From: an uncultured Bacilli bacterium
GTDB taxonomy: Bacteria; Bacillota_I; Bacilli_A; RFN20; CAG-826
Assembly (NCBI GenBank): GCA_944369075.1
Contig: CALVXK010000008.1
Coordinates: 112-64,111, forward strand
Reading direction: 5' to 3'
DNA: 64,000 nt
The stretch's first letter is position 1, and each line of letters begins with the position of its first letter. The position numbers and the translations under genes are program-made. A model generated the notes under the pieces. That model saw only the letters and a program-made list of their open reading frames with translations, was not told the origin of the DNA and did no database searches. Shown in pieces: positions 19,130-27,484 of the stretch.

Positions 19130-20509
19130 ATGGAAAGAAAAATGATTATTGCTAAAAAGTTATTTACTCTTTTAGCAAAAGAGGAACTTAAAGATGGTTT
19201 AGAAGTATTTTTAGAAGGTTGGGTAAGAGGAAATAGAGATAATGGTTCTATTGGTTTTATCGAATTTAATGATGGAACTACATTTAAAAATATTCAACTT
19301 GTTTATACTTCAGAAAATCCTAATTACAATAATATCTCTCATATTAAATATGCTAGCGCTATTAGTGTTAAAGGTAAGATTAAACTTACTCCAACTAATA
19401 AGCAACCTTTTGAAATAAGTGTTGATGAAATATCTCTTTTAGGGGATGTAGCAGATGATTATCCTTTGCAGAAGAAAAGACATTCTTTTGAATTTTTAAG
19501 AGATATTGCTTATCTTAGACCAAGAGCTAATACCTTTAATGCTCTTTTTAGAGTAAGAAATGCTTTAGCTTTTGCAATTCATAAATTCTTCCAAGAAAGA
19601 GGATTCATGTATGTTCATACACCTATTATTACAACTAATGATGCTGAAGGTGCAGGACAATCTTTTAAAGTAGTTGAAGATTTAAAACATCCTAATGATT
19701 TCTTTAATGCTAGTGCATCTTTAACAGTTTCTGGACAACTACATGTTGAACCTTTTGCTTTAGCTTTTAGGGATACATATACTTTTGGTCCAACATTTAG
19801 AGCAGAACACTCTAATACTTCTAGACACGCAAGTGAATTCTGGATGATTGAACCAGAAATTGCTTTTGCCGATTTAGAAGATGATATGGTATTAATTGAA
19901 GAATTTATTAAATATATTATTTCTTATGTTCTAGATAATTGCCCTGATGAAATGAACTTTTTCAATACTATGATTGAAAAAGGTGTTCTAGAAAAAATGA
20001 AACATATTGTTAATTCTAAATTTAAAGTTATGACTTATACAGAAGGTGTAGAACTTCTTAAAAAAGCTGTAGAAGAAGGTCATAAGTTTGAATATAACAA
20101 TATCGAATGGGGTATGGATTTACAAAGTGAACACGAAAGATATTTAACTGAAGTTATTGCTAAAGGACCAATGTTTTTAATTGATTATCCTAAAGAAATT
20201 AAATCTTTCTATATGAAACTAAATCCTGATAATAAAACAGTAGCTGCTTGTGATTTACTTGTTCCTGGAGTAGGAGAAATTTGCGGGGGATCACAAAGAG
20301 AAGAAGATTATGATAAATTAAAAGAAAGAATGATTGCTCAAGGTAATGTTGAAATTCTTGATTGGTATTTAAACCTTAGAAAATATGGTGGATGTATCCA
20401 TTCAGGGTTTGGCTTAGGATTTGATAGACTTTTAATGTATATGACAGGTTTGTCTAATATCCGTGATGTACAACCTTATCCACGTTGTCCAGGATCAATT
20501 AAATATTAA
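19130..20509 (+). CDS. asnS: Asparagine--tRNA ligase
   Basis: Class IIb motifs 'FRAEHSNTSRHASEFWMIEPE' and 'GGSQRE...GFGLGFDRL'. N-terminal OB domain present. Confidence 0.95.
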   Translation: MERKMIIAKKLFTLLAKEELKDGLEVFLEGWVRGNRDNGSIGFIEFNDGTTFKNIQLVYTSENPNYNNISHIKYASAISVKGKIKLTPTNKQPFEISVDEISLLGDVADDYPLQKKRHSFEFLRDIAYLRPRANTFNALFRVRNALAFAIHKFFQERGFMYVHTPIITTNDAEGAGQSFKVVEDLKHPNDFFNASASLTVSGQLHVEPFALAFRDTYTFGPTFRAEHSNTSRHASEFWMIEPEIAFADLEDDMVLIEEFIKYIISYVLDNCPDEMNFFNTMIEKGVLEKMKHIVNSKFKVMTYTEGVELLKKAVEEGHKFEYNNIEWGMDLQSEHERYLTEVIAKGPMFLIDYPKEIKSFYMKLNPDNKTVAACDLLVPGVGEICGGSQREEDYDKLKERMIAQGNVEILDWYLNLRKYGGCIHSGFGLGFDRLLMYMTGLSNIRDVQPYPRCPGSIKY

Positions 20510-20562
20510 TTTACCTTTTTAGTGACAAGTAAGAACAATGTGCTCAGAAAAGTGTTTGACTT

Positions 20563-20586
20563 TTGAATGGCGGGGGGGGGTATCTT
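20563..20586 (+). promoter_or_regulatory. 24-nt G-tract element TTGAAT-GGCGGGGGGGGG-TATCTT (G9 at 20572-20580)
   Basis: 18 of 24 positions are identical to 31024-31047. An upstream TTGACT (20556) lies 19 nt from TATCTT. This is a homopolymer in a low-GC genome. Confidence 0.6.
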
Positions 20587-20607
20587 ATTTTTAGGAGGAT
20601 TAATCAA

Positions 20608-20868
20608 ATGGCAAAATTTTCATATTCAATGACTGATGCAGAAGCAATTTTAGCTTTTAAAAAAGGATTTATGGGAGCTGGTGTTGGCAATATTGCAATT
20701 CTTAAAGACAAGGGAAATGAATTTGTTCTTGGAGCTCCAATGATGACAGTTAATGTAAAATTTAAAGATGGTATTTGTGAAACCAAAGCTTCGTTAATTG
20801 GAAAAACATTGCTTTCAACTGTTAATACAAAAATTGAACTTATTGATGGTTTTAAAAAAATTGGCTAA
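20608..20868 (+). CDS. Small cytoplasmic protein of unknown function (86 aa)
   Basis: AGGAGG lies 9 nt upstream of ATG 20608. The ORF-track start at 20563 would run through the G-tract. A decayed paralog lies at 21465-21689. Confidence 0.6.
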   Translation: MAKFSYSMTDAEAILAFKKGFMGAGVGNIAILKDKGNEFVLGAPMMTVNVKFKDGICETKASLIGKTLLSTVNTKIELIDGFKKIG

Positions 20869-20921
20869 TTATTTGAAGAGTTAATTATTTAAAATAAAAG
20901 GTTCCTTTTTTAGATTTATTT

Positions 20922-20948
20922 AAAGAGCTTTATTTGAGCTCTTTTTTT
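20922..20948 (+). terminator. Intrinsic terminator
   Basis: aaagagc-tttatttg-agctcttt followed by a T-run. Confidence 0.7.
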
Positions 20949-21161
20949 AGGTAAACATGAAATTCGAGTTTTCCTAACTATTTATTGTTGTTGAAAGAAT
21001 TGCAGTTATTTTATCATAAAATTTATTTTACATATTAATGATGGTGGCACATTGAAAAGTCACCATTCAAACTATCTGTTATTTATCAAGGGGTGTTAGA
21101 GAAATTTAAAAGATTAAAGATATCAGTAGTATCTGTTAGCCAGAAAACTAAGGATTTTTTA

Positions 21162-21185
21162 TCTTTTGCAAACGTTTGCAAAAGA
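21162..21185. repeat. Perfect 24-bp palindrome TCTTTTGCAAAC/GTTTGCAAAAGA
   Basis: Read directly from the sequence. It lies in non-coding DNA between the intact and decayed copies of the small gene. Confidence 0.9.
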
Positions 21186-21464
21186 ATAATTTTTTTTTAA
21201 TTCTTCCTTGACCATAATTATATCCAAATTCAAATTTATCAGAATCATCTTTTCTATTTAATAATTTCTATTCTTTTCTCTTCCAATATAAGCCTTCATA
21301 TTAAAACCTTTGGATTTACAAGAGGTCTTATAATAAAACGTATTATAAATAAAGTTAGTTCACTTTCTTAAACAAATATACATAAAAATAAGTTTTTTGC
21401 TATTTTACATTTCAAGATATAATTTTTATAAGATAGAAAGTAAGTCTTCCCCAAAATACTGGCT

Positions 21465-21689
21465 TTGCGTAAAGAAAATTTTGCATCCAAAAAAGAATTA
21501 TGGGAGTTAGAGTTGGTAACATCGCAATTCCTAACGAAAAGTAAAAATGAATTTTTTGAGTTCCTATAATGAGGTTAATTTAAAATTTAAAGATGGTATT
21601 GTGAAACCAAAGCTTCATTAATCAGAAAGGCATTTCTTTCAAAAGTTGATGCAAAAATTGAACTTATTAATGGTTTAAAAAATGATTAA
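21465..21689 (+). pseudogene. Decayed duplicate of the 20608..20868 gene
   Basis: 'MGVRVGNIAIPNEK..NEF....VNLKFKDGI.KPK' parallels 'MGAGVGNIAILKDKGNEF...VNVKFKDGICETK'. Several stops and frameshifts are present. A terminator-like sequence is also duplicated (about 21735-21775). Confidence 0.7.
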
Positions 21690-21775
21690 TTACGTGGGAG
21701 TAACTTTTTGAAACAGAAGTTTTTGTTTCTTTAATAAACAATTTAAAGATCTTTATTGAAGATTTTTGTTTAGTT

Positions 21776-23184
21776 TTATTCATCAAAGTAATTTGAATCA
21801 ATAAATGGAACCATATATGGTGGAATCTTAATTGTTTTATTTTCGTGGTCGATACTAAATTCTTTTGGATGAATTATAATAGAATAATAAACTCTATTTT
21901 TAAATTTTTCTTTAAATTTATCTAGAGAGGTAGTAGTGTAATTTGCGCTAGATTTAACTTCAATTGGTATTATTTTCAAGTTTGTTTTCACTTCGTTTGA
22001 TATTAAAAAGTCAATTTCTATATCATTTCTATGTTTTTCATTACTATAGTGTGTATAAAAAAATAATTTTTTACTCATAGAAGTTAAAGCTTGAGCAACA
22101 TAATTTTCAAGTAACATCCCTTTATTAATTGATAATTTACCACTAATAATTGCATTATATAAATTATCAGTTTTTATTTGGTTTTCATTAAAAGCCTGGC
22201 TGAATAGCAAACCAGTATCACCCAAATAGCATTTAACTTCGTTATCATTTAAAGTTAGCGAAAATCCAACGTTAGGGTCGTTTGTTTTATAGCATAGATT
22301 ACAAATAATAGAGTCTCCTAGCCAATATAATGATTCATCATAGTTACAAAATTTACCATTTTGGTCAAAAGTATTAAGTTTTAGTTTCTTTTCGTGAGTT
22401 GAAAGATTACTAGGAATATGCGAAAAGATAGTCTCAACTTTAGAACTATATTTCTGTCTAGATTTTTTGATGTCATCTTCGTAAAGAGATAAAATATCTC
22501 TTTTTGCTTTATCGCTTTTGCAAAAACTTAGATTATTTTCTAAATATTCTGTTACGCTTTGTGGCATCCCACCAACTAAGAGATATTCATAAAAAATACG
22601 CATGGCTTTATTGTGGTAAAATCTATCTAACTTTATTTTCTTTTCAAAACAATCTTTAATATGCGAAATAAGTATTTTTTCGTTTTTTGCGAGCATAAAT
22701 TCTTCAAAATTAAGAGGATACATTTTTATCTTTTCTTCTTCACTTGGAATTGTGATTGTAGAGACATTTTCTTTTATTGAAATTAAAGAGCCAGTTTCAA
22801 TCAAATCGTATCTTCCACCTTGAACTAGATATTTAATTGCTTCTCTAGCTCTAGGAAATGCTTGGATTTCGTGAATAATTAAAGTATGTCTTGGAAATAA
22901 TTCAGTATTTTTTCTAAACCTATATCTTTATATAAAAAATCTAAATTTCCAAGATTATTTTGAAAACTATTTTTTAGTTTATTACTAACAACATTGAAAT
23001 CCAGCAAGATATATGATTTATAGTTTTCTTTAGCGAATTTTTTAACAATTGTTGTTTTTCCAAAACGTCTGGCTCCTTCGATAAGCAATGCTGTTTTCCC
23101 GTTGGGTGAATTCTTCCAATCTTTTAGTTTTTGATAAATTTCTCTTTTTAATTCCATAAATATCTCATATAACTTTTTGTCCAA
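21776..23184 (-). pseudogene. AAA+ ATPase, AAA_14/DUF4143 family (paralog 2), frameshifted
   Basis: The N-terminal piece (22879..23184) carries Walker A 'GARRFGKTT'. Walker B 'LIIHEIQAFPRAREAIKYLV' reads in another frame and continues into 21776..22804. The frames overlap at the A6 run (22908-22913 on +). Confidence 0.8.
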
Positions 23185-23186
23185 AG

Positions 23187-23230
23187 CGCAAAGTAGATTT
23201 ATGCGAAAATCCAGGCTATACGCAAAGTAA
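23187..23230. repeat. CGCAAAGTA words, 34 bp apart, with a related TGCGAAAAT between them
   Basis: Copies at 23187 and 23221. On the gene's sense strand they read TACTTTGCG, upstream of the frameshifted ATPase. Compare AACTTTTTGCAA upstream of paralog 3. Confidence 0.5.
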
Positions 23231-23351
23231 TTTATAGTATCAGTTAATTAAAAGACAAGGCTTAATAGTAAATTTTATATTTTTAAATTGTTCCATTTTA
23301 TGTCCTTAAGTAATTTTTATAATTAATATAAATATTTGGAGGCTAGATTAA

Positions 23352-25952
23352 ATGGATAAAAATTTTGTAAATTATCAAGAAAAAATAGAGAAAATAGCAG
23401 GTTTATGTAATGTCGACTTATCAATAACTAACATTAATGAAGAAGCAATATTATCATACATATTAAACGATAAAACATTTGATTTATATGGAATTTATAA
23501 TCATAATTTAAGCCGATTATATAAATTAATTAAGGAGTTTAAACCAAAAACAAAAGATGAATTTATTTCTATTTTAGCTATTAATGAATTAACTTTTTTT
23601 GGGAATAAAGATTCAAGTTACTTAATTGAAGTCTTTAATAATTACGGTTATCTTACTTTAAGTAAAGAAAATTTAGTTAATCTTTTAATTGGTTTCGAAA
23701 TAGATAAAGATGATGCTATGATGATTATTAATCAAGTACCACATCTATTTAAAAAAGATATATTTATATTAGAATCATATGTTGAAGATAAATTTCTTAT
23801 CAATCTAATTAAAAATTTAGAAGAAATAAAAAGTGAAGAGTATTTGTTAAATCTATATAAAGATATTATTACTTTAATGTATTTTAAGATGAACTATAGA
23901 AATGTTTTTAATAAAGTTATTTCTAAAGATTTAAATAGAGTTGAAATAAATTCACATTTTTATCATGAAGTAAGATCTTATGAAACACTTGAAAAATGTA
24001 TAGAATCAATAAAAGAAAGAGATAATATTGATGTTCTTGTTATTTGCAATGATTCGTATTTATATAATCTAGATATTTTAAGATGTATAAAAGCAAGATA
24101 CGGACTAAAAAAACTTATTCAAGGCATAGAACTTAATGTTAGAAGTGATAACACTCAAATTTATAAAGTTTCTTTTCTTCCTAGAACTAAATTAGGAGCA
24201 AGAAACCTCTATGAACTTATAAGTAAAGCTAAAATAATTAACGATAAGTTTTATGTAACTTTTGATCAAATTATTGAGTATCGAAAAGATATATTTATTG
24301 GTTCACCTTGTTTTGAAAGCGAACTATTTTATTTAGCTTTAAATAAAGATTATGAAACATTAAAAGAAAGAATTAATTTTTATGATTATATCGAAATTGA
24401 ACCTCTTTCAAACTATTCCTTATTAAATCTTCCTAAATTAGATTTAAATGAATTAAAAGAAATAGTAAATATAGTAATAAAAATAGGAGAAGAATCTAAA
24501 AAGATAATTGTTGGAACATCAGATCATTATTTTAAACTTGATGAGAGTAATATAGTTAAAGAAGTATTATCTAATTGTTTTAACGTTAACATTAAAGAAG
24601 ACAATGAATATAAAACGAGATACTTAAATACTAAAGAATTATGTGATTCTCTTTCTATATTTATTGAAGATAAAGAAAAACTAGATGAGTATATTTTAAT
24701 TAATCCTAATAAGTTAGTTTCTTTCATTGATGATAATAGTTTTAACTTTTTTCCTAGACCATATTCTTTAATTAAAATAAATAATTCTAAAGAGAGATTA
24801 AAAGAGATATGTGATTTAAAGATTAAAGAAAAATATAATCTAGAATTATATGAAAAGATAAAAGAAATAGTATTCAAAGAGATAGATACTTTAAATAATA
24901 AATATGATTTATGTTCTACATTACTTTATTATTATTCCTTCTTCAATAAATTAAGTGAAGAAGGAATAATATATCTAACTAATCAAAGTAATATTCTTTT
25001 TACTTATTATTTGCTTGGTATAAGTAATATTGATCCTTTAACTATATTTTCTTTAGAAGATAATGATTTATTTACTTACTATAATTTAAATCATTTAGAT
25101 GGAAAGTATAACATTGATATTAAAATAAGTGTAAATTCTAAATTTATCGATAAAGCATATAAAGTCTTAAAAGAAACATTTAACGATAATAAGATTATAA
25201 GATTAAAAGAAGATTATAATGATTTAAATTTATCTAAAATTAATGAATTCGTAAATTCGTTTATTATTGTTCCAAAAGATGTCAATATTTATGAGTTTAC
25301 TCCTTTAATAAATGAAGTTACTTGTTTTACTAATTGTTATTTAAAGTGGATTTTTCCTATAATTTCTTTTAAAACTTCTAAAATAATGGATGAAGCTAGT
25401 GATTTATTAAATAAGAATAACTTAATTCTTTCTAGCATTAATTTAAATGATAAAAAAGTTCTCTCTTTCTTTAATAGTGAAGATTTTTTAAATAATAAAA
25501 TAAAAGATAAGAAACTAAGAAGCTTAAATCTAGTAAATAATTTAGAGATAAAAGAAATATTAAAGTTAGTTAAAATAAATAGTTTCTCTGCTTTAGTAAG
25601 AGTTTATGGAATATTATTTAACTCTTCTTCTAGTAAGTATATAGATATATTAAAAAAGCGTTATTTAAATAATGGAGTTTTAAATATAAAGGATATTATT
25701 TCATCTAAAGAAGATTTATTTATTTTCTTGCTTAAGTTTATTAAGGACGCTGATTTGGCTAAAAAATTTACATTCGACATATACACAGGAAGTGGTAAAG
25801 AAGATAAAGGGATTTTACGTAAGCTTAATGTTCCTAAAGACTCTATTGAATATTTTATTAATATAGAATACCTTCTTGGAAAGTCAACTATCGTTCAGAA
25901 CTTAATAATTGTATTTATTTTTGTTTATTGTTCGTTTTTATGCCAACAATAG
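23352..25952 (+). CDS. PolC/DnaE (C-family polymerase alpha)-derived protein with degenerate catalytic motifs and a duplicated fingers module (predicted pseudo-polymerase)
   Basis: By-eye matches to E. coli DnaE. PHP start: 'RVEINSHFYHEVRSYE' vs 'FVHLRVHSDYS'. Palm: 'LTNQSNILFTYYLLGISNIDPL' vs '[24 protein letters not shown]', and 'GKYNIDIKIS' vs 'SMPDFDVDFC'. The fingers module occurs twice: 'FKPKTKDEFISILAI...MYFKMNYRNVF' at the N-terminus and 'VKINSFSALVRVYGI...' at the C-terminus. SD GGAGG upstream. Confidence 0.6.
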   Translation: MDKNFVNYQEKIEKIAGLCNVDLSITNINEEAILSYILNDKTFDLYGIYNHNLSRLYKLIKEFKPKTKDEFISILAINELTFFGNKDSSYLIEVFNNYGYLTLSKENLVNLLIGFEIDKDDAMMIINQVPHLFKKDIFILESYVEDKFLINLIKNLEEIKSEEYLLNLYKDIITLMYFKMNYRNVFNKVISKDLNRVEINSHFYHEVRSYETLEKCIESIKERDNIDVLVICNDSYLYNLDILRCIKARYGLKKLIQGIELNVRSDNTQIYKVSFLPRTKLGARNLYELISKAKIINDKFYVTFDQIIEYRKDIFIGSPCFESELFYLALNKDYETLKERINFYDYIEIEPLSNYSLLNLPKLDLNELKEIVNIVIKIGEESKKIIVGTSDHYFKLDESNIVKEVLSNCFNVNIKEDNEYKTRYLNTKELCDSLSIFIEDKEKLDEYILINPNKLVSFIDDNSFNFFPRPYSLIKINNSKERLKEICDLKIKEKYNLELYEKIKEIVFKEIDTLNNKYDLCSTLLYYYSFFNKLSEEGIIYLTNQSNILFTYYLLGISNIDPLTIFSLEDNDLFTYYNLNHLDGKYNIDIKISVNSKFIDKAYKVLKETFNDNKIIRLKEDYNDLNLSKINEFVNSFIIVPKDVNIYEFTPLINEVTCFTNCYLKWIFPIISFKTSKIMDEASDLLNKNNLILSSINLNDKKVLSFFNSEDFLNNKIKDKKLRSLNLVNNLEIKEILKLVKINSFSALVRVYGILFNSSSSKYIDILKKRYLNNGVLNIKDIISSKEDLFIFLLKFIKDADLAKKFTFDIYTGSGKEDKGILRKLNVPKDSIEYFINIEYLLGKSTIVQNLIIVFIFVYCSFLCQQ

Positions 25953-25983
25953 TACTTCATACTTTTAGTATTAAGGAGAATTT

Positions 25984-26496
25984 ATGGAAATTAGAAGTGA
26001 TAACTTTATAGATTATTATTCAATCTATGCTAAAGATATTAGGTATGACTTATATGATAATTTAGGTTTTACTGGAGATACAATTAATGGACTCCCTATT
26101 TTTAAAAGAATAGAACTAGGAAATAACATTGATTTTGTTAATAAAGGAACATTAGAACGATTAGAAATATTAACTGGAAATATTTATTCTTCTGAATGTA
26201 TAGCAATGAATTATTGAAATCCTTTATTTTGGTTTGGTTTAGATAAAGAAAATGATCGAATAATGGCTTTAAATTCAGGAATCTCTAGAGATGAAGATAT
26301 GTGGATTATTTATAAAAATGGAATTGTAAATTGTTTAACTGGAGAATATGTTGAAGGAGAATTTGTAGCACAAAAAAGAGAATCTTTTTCTTGTGTTATA
26401 AATAGAGTTCCTAGAAGCTATATTTCATCAACTACTAATTTTTGTAACAATGTTTCTATCTTGCTAGGTTTAATTATTGATTTATTATCTATATAA
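25984..26496 (+). pseudogene. 170-codon reading frame of unknown function interrupted by one in-frame TGA (26215-26217)
   Basis: ORFs 25984..26217 and 26263..26496 are in the same frame. There is an SD before 25984 and none before 26263. Reading TGA as Trp gives 'MNYWNPLFWFG'. Confidence 0.5.
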
Positions 26497-26505
26497 GGAG
26501 AAGTT

Positions 26506-27483
26506 ATGTTTACTAAGAAAGATTATGATAATTTATTAAAAGAAATTTATATTAAAGAAGAACTCGAAAAAAGAAATAAAGATGTTTCAAATGAATTTAG
26601 AAGTGGTAGATACTCTAATTATTTTAAAGATGAATTTTTAGATAAAAATGGTAGATTTTATATAGATTTAAATAACTACCAAAATGCTTATTCTTCTTAT
26701 TTAGAAGGAGGGGGAGAAGAATTAATAAGTAAAGGAGTAAGACCACCTAAACTTCTTTCAATTGGATCAAGTTCTAATTTTTGTTTCTATTCTCTAAGAA
26801 ACAAAAATTATTTAGATAAGTTAGGTTTTAATTTCTTTTTAAAAGGTGGTGATAAGTTACTTAATAACTCAAATACTTATGAAAAAGCATTAAAAATAGA
26901 AGAAGTAAATAAAAATAGTTATATTGATGCATTTATGGAAGGAGAAAAAGAATTATATTTCTTTGAATGTAAATGTCATGAGTATTTTGATAAGCATGAA
27001 TTTGACTTAAGTTTAACATATGGAAAGAAAGAGTTAATAAAAGAATTAAAAATAGATCAATGTAGTAGTGATCCAAAAGGTATAAATTTTAATATTAATC
27101 CATACACTTATTTTGAATTAGATAAACTTTATAAAGATAAAGGAAGTAATGTTGAAATTACAACTTACTTTTATATTAAACAACTTTTAACTCATTTAAT
27201 GGCAATTACTGATTATAAATCATCTAAAAAGAAGAATTTAATCTATTTTTACTCTTTTCCACCATTAAAATATATATTAAATAACTTAGATCTTAAATCT
27301 CATTTAGTTAATGTAGTTAAAGAGACTTATCATGTATTTAACTTTCTGGAAACTAAGATAGATTATTTAAAAAAGAATAATATTGAATTAAGTTTATTTA
27401 TTAAAATAGATGGTAGAAGTGAAGAAAGTGCATGTTCTAATAATGTTATTAATGGATATAGATTCTTAGAACTAATGAAGTAA
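26506..27483 (+). CDS. PD-(D/E)xK nuclease-like protein
   Basis: 'SIGSSSNFCFYSL', then 'SYIDAFMEGEKELYFFECKCHE' (D...ExK). SD AAGGAG upstream. By-eye call only. Confidence 0.45.
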   Translation: MFTKKDYDNLLKEIYIKEELEKRNKDVSNEFRSGRYSNYFKDEFLDKNGRFYIDLNNYQNAYSSYLEGGGEELISKGVRPPKLLSIGSSSNFCFYSLRNKNYLDKLGFNFFLKGGDKLLNNSNTYEKALKIEEVNKNSYIDAFMEGEKELYFFECKCHEYFDKHEFDLSLTYGKKELIKELKIDQCSSDPKGINFNINPYTYFELDKLYKDKGSNVEITTYFYIKQLLTHLMAITDYKSSKKKNLIYFYSFPPLKYILNNLDLKSHLVNVVKETYHVFNFLETKIDYLKKNNIELSLFIKIDGRSEESACSNNVINGYRFLELMK

Positions 27484-27484
27484 T

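Noticed and set aside
23352-25952. The 866-aa ORF as the genuine replicative polC or dnaE of the organism.
   Set aside because: It lacks the GRGSxAGS loop, the first catalytic Asp, RPGP, and the exonuclease, OB and beta-binding regions. It is far shorter than PolC or DnaE. It also sits in an accessory, extremely AT-rich cassette with nuclease-like genes.
25984-26496. The idea that the organism uses genetic code 4 (TGA = Trp).
   Set aside because: Conserved genes (asnS, ligA, pcrA, gatA/B, gltX, tsaD) are full length under the standard code and encode Trp with TGG. TGA acts as a stop, for example at 17887-17889 and 62635-62637. The in-frame TGA is therefore a local anomaly.
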